NCBI GenBank assembly: GCA_001599295.1 | Contig: BCGN01000004.1 | Coordinates: 1,675,676 to 1,739,675 of the forward strand | From: Sporopachydermia quercuum | Lineage: Eukaryota | Length of the DNA stretch: 64,000 nt | Direction: 5' to 3' | Shown: positions 13,468 through 24,499 of the stretch, piece by piece | Numbering within the stretch: position 1 is the first letter of the stretch | Layout: every line of letters starts with the position of its first letter | Program-made: the position numbers and the translations under genes | The notes under the pieces: model-generated | The model's input: only the letters and a program-made list of their open reading frames with translations | What the model was told of the DNA's origin: nothing | Database searches by the model: none

Positions 13468-14428
13468 NCATTTACTTTAGGTTTATATAGCGTANNAGCC
13501 ATTGATGGGATCGGGGCGAGCGAGTTATATTAATGAGACTGAAAACTGAATGAGTAAGTTAGTAAAAGGTCATATATTGAGGGATGTATAAATATACATA
13601 ATATTTGAAGTAGTAAATTGCTGTAGAGNCGACACTTTTCCTCTTGCAAAGATAGATTTTCCAAACAATTGTACCCTTATTGGTCTACCTCGAATCGAAC
13701 ACATCATAGCGTTCATCCACTTACAACATACAATTTCGTTTGGATTTATTATTTCACTTTTCCATAGTCTTAATTGATTTCAGTCTTACTATATAATGTA
13801 TCTCCAAGTAAATTCCGGGTATTGGCTCTTAAGGTAAGATCCAATTAGGAATCTATTTTTGGTGATAACCAATTCATTCGATTCGATAAACGAATGGGGG
13901 TATGAGATACGTGATCCTGGCCTTCTTCTAACAGTTAATTACATCGCTGTCTTACTCTTCCCTTCAAGAACAACAAGTGAATAAAAGAATATCAGCATTC
14001 AAGCATTGAACAATACATTCTTGTCCCGAGTCTACCAGTATTGCAGTCATCACCTTACGTATTCTTATTATTTATCCCTAGGCCCTTTCTTTGACAGGTA
14101 AGATCGATAAATCAATCACGTGCCATATTACAACATCAAGTCTCTCCTCATATTCCTCACTTATATTATAAAATGTTGTGCAATATCCCCTGATATTGGA
14201 CACAGATTTTGATGATCAATCAACAAAACCAAGCCAGTCGCTTTAGGGTTTCATATCACAATATGATATATACTATATGACCAGGTATATATTGTAAACA
14301 GTAGGCATTTCTTGCCTAATGCTATTATTATCTCAGTAACAAAGTAGACAGAATTTAATGGTGAAAAGAGCCTAATTTTGATATTGATTTTACTCATCAA
14401 TCGCTACTCATTAACAGTAATAAACAGT

Positions 14429-14932
14429 ATGTCAGACATTGAATTGTTTGTTCTACCAGCGAAGTTATCCCCTCAGGTATTGAGTAGATTACCTGAAGGT
14501 TATTCTATCAGACCATTGAGGCTCTCAGATTATCGCAAAGGTGTTCTAGATTGTCTCCGAGGCTTGACTACAGTTGGAGATATCTCCGAGGCAGAATATA
14601 CCAGTGTATTTGATTATTGGAGAAGTAAGAAAGATGTTTACCATACGATAGTGATTGTGGACGATAACGATGCAGTTGTTGCAGTGGGATCTGTTGTTAT
14701 TGAACGGAAGCTTATTCATCAATGTGGAAGTATTGGCCACATTGAAGATATAGCAGTTGCTGAATCCCAACGAGGTAGAAAATTGGGTGTCACGTTGATC
14801 AATGCTTTAACCGAGGTCGGAAAAGCTCTGAATGTGTATAAGATAATCTTGGATTGTAATGACAACAACGTTGCATTTTATGAGAAATGCGGGTATAAAA
14901 AAGAAGGAAACGAGATGGCTTGCCGTTTATAA
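14429..14932 (+). CDS. GNA1: Glucosamine-6-phosphate N-acetyltransferase
   Basis: First ATG at 14429. Motifs LPEGYSIRPL, ERKLIHQCGSIGHIEDIAV, QRGRKLG, YKIILDC, NVAFYEKCGY. Confidence 0.95.
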   Translation: MSDIELFVLPAKLSPQVLSRLPEGYSIRPLRLSDYRKGVLDCLRGLTTVGDISEAEYTSVFDYWRSKKDVYHTIVIVDDNDAVVAVGSVVIERKLIHQCGSIGHIEDIAVAESQRGRKLGVTLINALTEVGKALNVYKIILDCNDNNVAFYEKCGYKKEGNEMACRL

Positions 14933-15036
14933 TTCAGTGATCATGGCATGATGATTATTTAGTTTATTATAATACACTTATCGTTCTCGACTCTATGATA
15001 GATAAAAGTTGATATCACAAACATCGATTTGTTTGT

Positions 15037-15633
15037 TCAAATACGTTCTAGTGCCTAGTTATTATGTTAGTCTATAATCCAAAGTGAATAGAAGTCGTNT
15101 GTCATGTAATAGCAATAATAATACAAAAACTGCTTCTAGTATAACACCATAGTCACATACCTCCATCATAACAACTGAATTGCCTCTGATGACCTATAAA
15201 CATATTAGTATGATTTGCTCTTCCGAGACAAGTCGAATGTCTTCAAATTTTAAAAAATCTATCCAATAACTTACAGCTGTTCCAATTTTTACTTTATCTC
15301 CATTTTTCTGTTCTTCTACTGCTTCATCTAGCACCAAATTTAGAAATACCTATTCATATCGACGCGGTTAGCCCAAATACTCCTAACACTTACTATCTAC
15401 GCCAACAGATGTTGAACACTGAGAACAACAAATAGCAAATCAACATACATCATATCCTCGTAAAACTCCGGTAACCCTTCTAGATCCATTAAGCTGCACG
15501 AACAGCTTTTTGTCCATATACTGTAATCGTTAGTAATTGTGCTACTTCTAATCACTCTCACCATGGCATCACCATTACTAGATATATCTTCTCTTCATAC
15601 CTTCTTTAATTCTGGAGTACTATTTCGTCCCAT
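15037..15633 (-). CDS. SMX2: Sm protein G (snRNP core), five exons: 15633-15601, 15520-15449, 15349-15275, 15193-15161, 15054-15037
   Basis: Manual splicing gives 76 aa: MGRNSTPELKKYMDKKLFVQLNGSRRVTGVLRGYDVFLNLVLDEAVEEQKNGDKVKIGTAVIRGNSVVMMEALERI (Sm1 and Sm2 motifs, PELKKYMDK typical of SmG). All four introns have a GT donor, a CTAAY branch site and a YAG acceptor. Confidence 0.95.
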
Positions 15634-15980
15634 TTTTCTCTATTGCTAAATCTTCGACTCCTTGTACTGTAAGATTCAATATCAATGCAGTCATTATCAT
15701 AACTAACTATCAACTATCAAACCACTAGAACTAAGATCTCCAATGTGGACTATCAAAGAGCTATGCCTTTCTCTCTTAATGATCTTTACTGACGACAAAA
15801 CGGATATCTTAAAAAAAAACTCTGATGAGAATTATCTCCGATATTTTAAGCTTTGAGAGACGAGACTTGAGGTTACGCTAAGGGAACCACTACATCTCAT
15901 CTCATAATCCACAAACACGTCTACTTACTTTCCTACGATATGTCCCATTTAGGGTACTATTAACTCACCCAACATCAATT

Positions 15981-15986
15981 ACGCGT
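15981..15986. promoter_or_regulatory. Single MCB element in the SmG / 16203-gene divergent promoter
   Basis: ACGCGT about 220 bp upstream of the ATG at 16203. Confidence 0.4.
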
Positions 15987-16202
15987 TTCAAGGACCTTCT
16001 TTTAAGGTCCCTTTTAGCCCTTTCAAGGAATAGGGAGTTCGAATCGAACGAATTAAACGAATTAAAGTATGATTTATATGCTGATACTAGTATGATAGAG
16101 AGAACAAGGATTTGCTGGTAGAGCTGATATTCTGAGCTAGTGTCAGACAGTTGTAACATGGTTCAAATTGCATATTCAACTGAATGTTAAATAGACCTTA
16201 GT

Positions 16203-18338
16203 ATGTCATCAGAAATATCTAGTGATGCTAAGGAGGTAACCNGCAGGTCGTCTGGGAGCAAAAGAAGGAAAATCAGGGCATCAGCCGTTGAAGTAGATGA
16301 ATCGAAACTACACCATCTGAGAACTATAAAAAATGCAAGAGGCTTACCTATTTCGTCTCCCNATAAGGAGCTCATGATACCAGTAGCATCCGAGCGAAGG
16401 TCAGCATCCTCTCCGTTGAAAAACAATAATAGGAGGAATCAGAGAAACCTAAGAAGTCAGAAGAAAAGTCCAGTAAAGGATGAACTGACGTTATTTGTTT
16501 CTCAAAAGTTTGAATCAGAAAGTATTGAACCCAGAAATCAAAATAATAATGAACCAGAGACATCACCCAAAGAATCAACTAAGAAGAAAGAAGAAATCTT
16601 CATAAGAGAAACTACAGCTATAACAGAGAACGTATCTGAAAAAATAATGAAACCCTCAGTTGAAGATAACGATGAAACTAGAATGAAAGAAAATTCTAAT
16701 AAGAACCTCCTACCACCTTCAACCGTTAAAGTAAAAAAAGACCTGCAGGTAAGACCAGACATTCTTGGAAGCGATCCTNCAATGCNCAGTATGAGTTCTA
16801 TGCGAAGTGAAGACGAGCTAGCCTTGAATGTATCCCAAACGCAAATTACTACCATAGAGGCCAGAAAATTATCTGAAATTGATAGTTTAGTGAACCAGAT
16901 CAACGAAAGAGGTTTACTAACAGTAGAAAATGACAAAGTTGGAGTTTCCAGTACTTCAACTAGACAATCCGATTTCACAAGTGAGAAGCAAAATGATGCA
17001 CTAATAAACTCAGAACAATCAGTAGATACAAATGCTTCGGCACCTTCGAATGAAATACAAAATAGGACTCCACCTTTGCCTTCGTCAGCACCATCAGAAC
17101 ATCATAAAACTGCACAGAAGGACTCTTCCACTAAANACGAATCAACAGTATCAGCAAACAACAATATGATCAAAGAACTAGACCCTGAAGTTCAAAAGGC
17201 TCTTTTACTGGAAGAAAGGAAGATGGGTCTACTTCAACAAGTAGCAATTCTAAGGAAGGAAGTTGAAGCATGGGAACAACGTATCAAGGATTTGAAACAA
17301 GTAAAACAACAGGAAAGAGAAGAATTTGCAGCAAGACTAGAACACTCAAAACATATAACTCCTGAAGATCTAGTGAATGATAATATTTCCCAAGTACCAG
17401 TTGTTCCAGAGCTGATAGAAAAACTCATAGTTCATAACTCTGAGAGAAACAAAGACCTTGATAACGTTCTGCAAACCAATAATATTGAAAGACAGTTTGT
17501 AGTAGATGATGATGATTTGCATAGATTGAGATATTTCTGTCAGGATGTTAAAATTGAGCATTTAACTACTGATATCAAAATCAATAAGCGAACAAGAGAA
17601 AGGATCCAATGCTATTCAGTCAGACTTTGGGTAATGAATAGAAAACTAGATGATAATTCGATCAACCAGCAACTAAAACAGAGCAGTATTGTGGTTGATG
17701 CAATTGTTTATTTTGAAGTCATCACCAGTCAAAAGAAACTAAATAANCTACAAGTAGATCTAAATAACAGTAGATGGTGTGAAAATGATATTCAATCATT
17801 TTTACGCTCATGTTCAAATGATTTGGATATAACGAGATGNTTCTATGGATTGATTCAATATGGAAGACTTCTTTGCACCAGGATATCTACTTGGAAACAA
17901 ATTTTCGCTACTCATAACAAACAGTTGGAGATTCATTTCTCAGAATGGAATAATATAGGAACAGTTGATAAATCAACGTTGGACCTCTTAGGTTCGTTTA
18001 ATCAGGATTACCTTAATGTATTTTTACGCGAGAAGCGGACAATAACCTTATTTTTACCACCTTCTTCTAATAATCTCCGACAATTGGTCTTATCTATCAA
18101 CTGGGATATCCAATTCATAGATCAAGGCTTTATAACCGGTGAACCCACATCCAACATNAAGTGCGAAGCAGAAGTTGTCAACCCTACAAGCAAACAAACC
18201 AAAAAATGCTCAAATGAACAGATATCAAAGTTATCATCTCTTCAGAAGGCTTTTTCAACGTTACTTGTCAAGCAGAATGTTATTCAGAGTATTGAAAGCA
18301 TACTTACACCACTACTTGGGAAGCGGAGGTGGACTTAG
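16203..18338 (+). CDS. 711-aa protein with disordered N-terminus, central coiled coil and C-terminal globular region; tentatively a kinetochore CENP-P/Ctf19-like subunit
   Basis: Long ORF. Coiled coil at LEERKMGLLQQVAILRKEVEAWEQRIKDLK. The segment WCENDIQSFLRSC...DITRXFYGLIQYGRLLCTRISTW resembles my recollection of the CENP-P double-RWD core. The family call is inference. Confidence 0.6.
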   Translation: MSSEISSDAKEVTXRSSGSKRRKIRASAVEVDESKLHHLRTIKNARGLPISSPXKELMIPVASERRSASSPLKNNNRRNQRNLRSQKKSPVKDELTLFVSQKFESESIEPRNQNNNEPETSPKESTKKKEEIFIRETTAITENVSEKIMKPSVEDNDETRMKENSNKNLLPPSTVKVKKDLQVRPDILGSDPXMXSMSSMRSEDELALNVSQTQITTIEARKLSEIDSLVNQINERGLLTVENDKVGVSSTSTRQSDFTSEKQNDALINSEQSVDTNASAPSNEIQNRTPPLPSSAPSEHHKTAQKDSSTKXESTVSANNNMIKELDPEVQKALLLEERKMGLLQQVAILRKEVEAWEQRIKDLKQVKQQEREEFAARLEHSKHITPEDLVNDNISQVPVVPELIEKLIVHNSERNKDLDNVLQTNNIERQFVVDDDDLHRLRYFCQDVKIEHLTTDIKINKRTRERIQCYSVRLWVMNRKLDDNSINQQLKQSSIVVDAIVYFEVITSQKKLNXLQVDLNNSRWCENDIQSFLRSCSNDLDITRXFYGLIQYGRLLCTRISTWKQIFATHNKQLEIHFSEWNNIGTVDKSTLDLLGSFNQDYLNVFLREKRTITLFLPPSSNNLRQLVLSINWDIQFIDQGFITGEPTSNXKCEAEVVNPTSKQTKKCSNEQISKLSSLQKAFSTLLVKQNVIQSIESILTPLLGKRRWT

Positions 18339-18602
18339 TTGTTTTATCCCACAACGAGCAACTTTACCGTCCCTACCATAAATCCACTGTACTATTACAC
18401 TTATATCTTATATTTTAATTAGACTTCTTTTCACATCTAAATACATAGTAATAAATATATAATTCCTATCATGTATAAGCTGATAAGCCAGTCCTAAGTC
18501 TCTTTAATTAATTACTCTATCAAAAACACTTGTCCCTAATCAGGTATTTACAGAACTTTACATAACTTCTAATAAAGAAAGTCACGGGATCTTNTTTACC
18601 CA

Positions 18603-18613
18603 ACGCGTCGCGT
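18603..18613. promoter_or_regulatory. Tandem MCB-like elements (ACGCGT-CGCGT) upstream of the Pif1/Rrm3 helicase
   Basis: ACGCGTCGCGT about 180 bp upstream of the ATG of a DNA-replication gene. Confidence 0.6.
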
Positions 18614-18792
18614 TTGCTTTCTTACTGTATAAGAAACTCATTAATAAACAAAAGAGTATCAATAAGTTTGAGAGACATTTTATTGCCATTACTTACGAAA
18701 GATAATAATTATATAATTAACTAACAGCAAATTATTCTTATATAGCTATAAATCAACCATTGTTTCAGCGTATCGTACATAATGCTAACAAA

Positions 18793-21183
18793 ATGTTCCA
18801 TAGAGCTATTGAAAGATCCAGCAGCTCTTCAGAGCAAAAGAGTTCTGTCTCGAGTCAAAAGGCTAGAAAGACACCATCAGGTAATCAGAAGCAAATGCTG
18901 CTTCCTTTCCAATCAACTAACCCAGAAGACAAAGCTTCTGCAAGCCCTTCATTATCATTAGCTCCAAGAAGTGTATCAGGAGCCTTCAAGCATCATAATC
19001 CAAGTATCAGTCTTAACAGAGCTTCATCATTCGCCTCAGGAACTAATATCACAACTACACAAGCAAGAATATCAACAGGAATATTTCATAGACCAACCAT
19101 AGAAAGAGCAAACGATTGGTCTAATAAGACTTCAATCGAGCTTATTAATTCATCTAAACAATCAACGCTGTTCTCAACCACTTCAGACAAATACTATTCT
19201 CGTTCAGCCAATGCTATTTCTCTAGATGACGATAGCCGGCTATTCAGAAATAAATCCAGTAATGAAGTAAATAAACAACAAACTTATATTGCAGGTGTGA
19301 GTGAAAAGAAAAGGTCTTTTCCNTGGACAAATGAGTCTTTGAATAAACAACGACTTGACCGGAAAAAACTGTTCCGCAACAATGATCGTAATCAGAAGAC
19401 AAGTTTGAATTTGAAAGAACTGGAAACGTCGAAATCTGATATATCATTAAGCGCTGAACAACAGAAGGTAATAAAACTAGTATGCAAAGATCACCGTAAC
19501 GTATTTTTCACAGGAAGTGCAGGTACTGGTAAATCTGTCGTTTTACGAGAGATCATACGTAGGCTTCAGCTTCAGTATGGCCCTGAAGCAGTTGCTGTGA
19601 CAGCTCCTACAGGTATTGCTGCCGTTAACATCGGGGGAACAACAATTCATCGTTGGGCAGGCATTGGCATAGGGAACTCACCTGTTTCAGCATTGATTTC
19701 TAAGATTAAACATCGAAAAGAGGCAGCTAATAGATGGTTGGGTACTAAAGTTCTGATTATTGATGAAATCTCAATGTTGGATAGTAATCTTCTATCGACA
19801 GTGGACCAGATAGGTAGATATATATTTGAGAAACATAATAAACCATTTGGAGGTATGCAGTTAGTTCTAACTGGCGATTTTTTTCAATTACCACCGGTGA
19901 AAAGTAAACAACTATGCTTCAATTCTGATTGTTTCCGAAATGCTATTCATACAACTGTTTTACTGAACCAAGTATTTCGTCAAAAGGGTGATATGGAGTT
20001 CATTGAAATGCTTAATGCTTTACGATATGGTAAAATGGACAACGATACAGTATCAAAATTTAGAGCTTTGGAAAGGACCGTTGAGTATAAAGATGGATTT
20101 GAACCAACTGAACTGTATCCAACTCGTGAAGAGGTTCAACGAGCCAATGAAGCTCGTCTGCATTCGTTGAAAGGTGATGTACATATTTTTAATGCTTTCG
20201 ATCAAGGTCCAGATTACAATAGAAATATGCTAGAGCATATTTTGGCACCAGCAAGACTTGTATTGAAACGTGGTTCTCAAGTAATGATGATTAAGAATAA
20301 AGATGCGACGTTAGTTAATGGTACATTAGGTAAAGTGCTATTTTTTATGACAGAACAAATGTTCACTATCCTTGAATCACGAGCTGGAGTAGCATTTGAT
20401 TATGATGATCCAGAATTTCTAGAAGACTATGAATTATTGTATCAATCGGTAAGACATGGCGAAGAATCTATAGAGCTTAANCAGAAGTTTCAATTGATGG
20501 ATTCTAAACGAAGAAACCTATTTAACAAGCTACTACAGGTGGGCAATAGAGTTCAGGAGTCTGATTTACTACCATTAGTAAGATTCTCAACTCCTGTTGG
20601 ATCTAGAGATGAACTTGTAGTGAGAGAAGAGTTCGAAGTCAGTGGTGGCACTCAGAACAGTAACGCTAAAGTNACTCGTACCCAATTGCCGTTAATTCTT
20701 TCCTGGGCACTCTCTATTCACAAATCGCAGGGTCAAACACTGGAAAGAGTGCGTGTTGATTTAGGCCGTATTTTTGAAATAGGCCAAGTATATGTAGCTT
20801 TAAGTCGTGCTGTTAGTAAAGACACGTTAGAAATTAAAAATTTTGATCCTAGAGTATGCAAGGCTTCAAAAGAAGTCATTAATTTCTATGAGAAGCTGAA
20901 AACTGGGGAACTGAATAGAGAATTACGCGATTGGAAACGTCAAGCAATCGAAAATCAGTATGTGAAAGAAAAGGAGACAGAAAAGATAATGAGTAAACAA
21001 GTTGAAGATTTCTTGAGCCTTTCAAAGGACAATAAAGAACTGCTATCACACCCGCATGGGATTTCTATCTCTCAAATCAATAGTTTTGGTTCCATAGCAT
21101 CTTCTGATTCAATTGGTGATGTGAAACCTACTGTGAAACTCGAGAAGAAAAACAAAGTGATTGATCTTTCACATTCGGATTAG
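18793..21183 (+). CDS. RRM3: Pif1-family 5'-3' DNA helicase, closer to Rrm3
   Basis: First ATG at 18793. Walker [30 protein letters not shown], Pif1 signature [36 protein letters not shown]. The stretches [10 protein letters not shown] and TKVLIIDE look more Rrm3-like than Pif1-like; the paralog assignment is less certain than the family. Confidence 0.85.
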   Translation: MFHRAIERSSSSSEQKSSVSSQKARKTPSGNQKQMLLPFQSTNPEDKASASPSLSLAPRSVSGAFKHHNPSISLNRASSFASGTNITTTQARISTGIFHRPTIERANDWSNKTSIELINSSKQSTLFSTTSDKYYSRSANAISLDDDSRLFRNKSSNEVNKQQTYIAGVSEKKRSFXWTNESLNKQRLDRKKLFRNNDRNQKTSLNLKELETSKSDISLSAEQQKVIKLVCKDHRNVFFTGSAGTGKSVVLREIIRRLQLQYGPEAVAVTAPTGIAAVNIGGTTIHRWAGIGIGNSPVSALISKIKHRKEAANRWLGTKVLIIDEISMLDSNLLSTVDQIGRYIFEKHNKPFGGMQLVLTGDFFQLPPVKSKQLCFNSDCFRNAIHTTVLLNQVFRQKGDMEFIEMLNALRYGKMDNDTVSKFRALERTVEYKDGFEPTELYPTREEVQRANEARLHSLKGDVHIFNAFDQGPDYNRNMLEHILAPARLVLKRGSQVMMIKNKDATLVNGTLGKVLFFMTEQMFTILESRAGVAFDYDDPEFLEDYELLYQSVRHGEESIELXQKFQLMDSKRRNLFNKLLQVGNRVQESDLLPLVRFSTPVGSRDELVVREEFEVSGGTQNSNAKXTRTQLPLILSWALSIHKSQGQTLERVRVDLGRIFEIGQVYVALSRAVSKDTLEIKNFDPRVCKASKEVINFYEKLKTGELNRELRDWKRQAIENQYVKEKETEKIMSKQVEDFLSLSKDNKELLSHPHGISISQINSFGSIASSDSIGDVKPTVKLEKKNKVIDLSHSD

Positions 21184-22118
21184 ATTAGTGAATACGTATG
21201 TAATTAAAGCAATTGAAGACCTCAAATGAAAGAAAACCATCATGTTGCATCAAATGGTGATTTTTCCAATTTATGTCCTCGGATGTTTGTGTGATGTGCA
21301 CCTACAACAATAGACGCAGTTCTAACGAGCTACTCGTGTGACGTTGAATCATCCTTCAGTTACAATATAATATTATATAACACCCCATATTAAGTTATTA
21401 GGTTAGGGTGTATAATATAAACTATAATAAACTATAATCTAAACTCATATATTACCTCTTATATATATAAATAAATATAATTAAATAAGTATAAAAACTT
21501 ATTGCCATCACTGGTGCTTTAGGATTGTGAGGATCATTTTATTTAATATAAAATGACCGGGGACATCTATTAAATGGTTTTGAGTTAACTATCTTTGATA
21601 TAATAATATTNGAAGCAATAAAATTAATATAAAAAAAACAAAGGAACTATTGAATATAATAATGATATGGTATTTTTGTACTACAATAACCTAAACTTCC
21701 TACTAAATAATGTAGATATAATAGATATTCAGAATGTATAGATTCTTGATAAAACAAAATGCGAGTTCCTTTGTATCTTTTTTCTGCTTGACCATCAACA
21801 TATTAATAGTGTACCTTGTTCTACTCGTTGTTCCAGCTCTATCAATAGAAAATATATAGCCGAGTCATAGCTTTCAACGTTCAAAATTCTTTCAAATGCC
21901 TGAACCTACATTCCATGTATTGATTGATCGTATTCTTAGTCAAATCAACTACTATCGTACCTACATTCATTTACCATCATGAAATAAACATAATCCATAT
22001 AAGTATTACCATATCAAGCTTATTCAAAGATTATACCGAATGGCTTTCATTATTCCGGTTAAACATCATAGAATTATTTACCATACCTACATTACCATGC
22101 ATATAACATACATGAATT

Positions 22119-22127
22119 ATGACTCAT
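22119..22127. promoter_or_regulatory. Gcn4 site ATGACTCAT upstream of ODC
   Basis: Perfect 9-bp consensus about 510 bp upstream of the ODC ATG. ODC carriers serve lysine and glutamate biosynthesis. Confidence 0.6.
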
Positions 22128-22636
22128 GTACACAATTGCATAATTGTAAATATCATAATTACTTTCCCTATACGGTATCTATCCTTCAAAAACTATATAG
22201 TAAACAGTTTTAACCAAAAAAAAGAACCTTAAGAGATATAAACAAACCCATATACCGATATTTCTTAATATTTCCATATATANACCATTGCAAAGGCAAC
22301 TCTTACATACCTATCCAGCTTCGTAATAGTCCGTACTCCAGCTATCTTATCTCTTTATTTCTCCTTTCGGTATACTCTGTATNTCCATGCAGCTCAATGC
22401 ATAAGGCACCTAATGTACAGTTACCCCTCCATTTGTAGTAATACGCAAACCTTTGTCCAAAATTTCCAACATATATTTCATTCCTTCGCTGTTATAGACA
22501 TTTTTCTTACTGCTCTTCTAGAAAGAATAGATCAGGATGAACAGGAACAGGGAGTAACTATAGTTGAGTTTTGGCTATACATCTTGTTAGCGTAATTGGT
22601 TTATAATTAACAGAAACCTTTCAAAAGATCCGCAAA

Positions 22637-24069
22637 ATGTCTTCTGACCCTAAATGTATGTTCAAATAGGTGATCAATGGTAACTGAATACCTGGGAAGA
22701 ATTTGTAGGTGGAAAATCAAGCAAAGAAACTAACCAAGAAAAACGGAACGGAATCTTTCGGGGGGTGAAAGCGGATTTGATGTGGAAATATAAGAAGCGT
22801 GTTCGTGTGCTTTGTTGATATGTTGATGATACTGCTTATTCAATGNTCTTGTTAGCTGGTTCAGCTGCTGTATGTATTACCGGGAACTTTGTGGTGATTT
22901 TTCTTGTCACTTATCCGACATGTTTTCCGGTTTGTTTCGTTGAAGCAGTATAGACATATCAATTTGCGTAACAGATATCCGCTTGGCCACACATCCAGCT
23001 TTTATTTCCTGGAAGACCTTCGGTACGTTGTTTTCATGTTGTAGCTCTTCCATTTATTTACCAGTTTGCTGCTGGTGCNGTCGCCGGTATTTCTGAAGTA
23101 AGTATACGATGAAGAAATGAGTGATGTACAGTTAATTGTTGCTGTTGCTGTCGCTGTTATTTACTGTTGTAATATTATAACGTTGAATAGTTGAATATTG
23201 AGTTCAACTACGGAATATGATCATTTACTAATAATACACCATAGATCCTGGTGATGTACCCTCTAGATGTAGTCAAAACCAGAATTCAATTGCAAGTGGG
23301 CGGTGGCAGTGGTGCCAATTCTTACAACGGGATGCTTGATTGTATCGTGAAAATCGTTAAGAATGAAGGGTTTGCTACTTTATATAGAGGTATCACTGCT
23401 CCTATCCTTATGGAAGCTCCAAAAAGAGCCACCAAATTTGCTGCCAATGATGAATGGGGAAAATTTTACAAGGAAGCATTTGGCGTTAAGGAAATGACTC
23501 AATCTCTGTCAGTTCTAACTGGTGCTACTGCTGGTGCCACTGAATCGTTTATTGTTGTTCCTTTTGAATTAGTTAAGATTCGTCTTCAAGATAAAGCATC
23601 CGCAGGTAAATATANCGGTATGGCTGATGTGTTACGTAAAACGATTCAAGCTGAAGGTCTCTTGGGTCTCTACAATGGTTTAGAAGCTACCCTCTGGAGG
23701 CATATTTCCTGGAATGCTGGTTATTTTGGATCTATTTTCAAAATTAGGGAAATCATCAAGGGTGGATATTCAACCGGCAACAAAACCGCCGATGACTTGA
23801 TTTCTGGTGCTGTTGGTGGTACTATTGGTACTACTTTCAATACACCCTTTGATGTTGTTAAGTCAAGAATCCAAAACACTGTCAAGAAAGCCGGTGAGAC
23901 TCCTAAATACAACTGGACTTTCCCTAGTATTTTCACCATTGCCAAGGAAGAAGGGTTTGGTGCTTTATACAAAGGATTTACTCCTAAGGTCCTTAGACTT
24001 GGACCTGGTGGTGGTATTCTGTTAGTTGTGTTTACTGCTTGCATGGATTTCTTCCGTACATTACAGTAG
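22637..24069 (+). CDS. ODC2: Mitochondrial 2-oxodicarboxylate carrier (ODC1/ODC2 family); exons 22637-22655, 23045-23097, 23245-24069
   Basis: The spliced N-terminus MSSDPKSLPFIYQFAAGAVAGISEILVMYPLDVVKTRIQLQ matches the ODC family. Three PxD/ExxK carrier motifs and EAPKRATKF. Introns 22656-23044 (GTATGT..TAG) and 23098-23244 (GTAAGT/TACTAAT/TAG). Confidence 0.93.
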
Positions 24070-24499
24070 ATGGTTTACTACTTTGGTAGTATTAATGCTT
24101 TGCAATATAGTAGAACAATAATCGCATTTTAAATCAGGGCTATGAACGNAGGTGAGAAAAGGTTGCGTATAAGGAGACTGAAAGTCTGATGGTAGCAGCT
24201 TTACGAGATAAAAGTTCTAAGTGCATTGTCATTTGAGCTATCAGTAATCAAACAACATTGAAAACTACATACAAATGACCAGTTGAATTTACAGTAGAAC
24301 TCACAGTAGTGACAATAGTACTACGATTATTAATATGAAAACACTGTGTTTTTATACTGTGTTAATGCTATAAGTTTTCTAAATAGTAACCATAACCATA
24401 ACCATAAAAACCATTCTTCTCCTTACCTTTATGCTTATAATCATTAATGCTATAATTCTATTCTCTTTTTCATCATCATAATCAATATCATATCATTCT

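Noticed and set aside
14098..14416. Possible 5'-UTR intron of GNA1 (GTAAGA...CAG)
   Set aside because: No CTAAY branch site at a suitable distance from the acceptor and no compensating structure noticed.
16036..16050. GTTCGAATC resembling a tRNA T-loop / B box
   Set aside because: No T-stem, acceptor stem or A box can be formed around it.
22656..23044. TPP riboswitch or snoRNA as the explanation for the structured ODC intron
   Set aside because: No TPP aptamer core (GCTGAGA...) and no convincing terminal C/D or H/ACA arrangement seen; the pairing is a simple nested long stem. An Rfam scan would be the definitive test.
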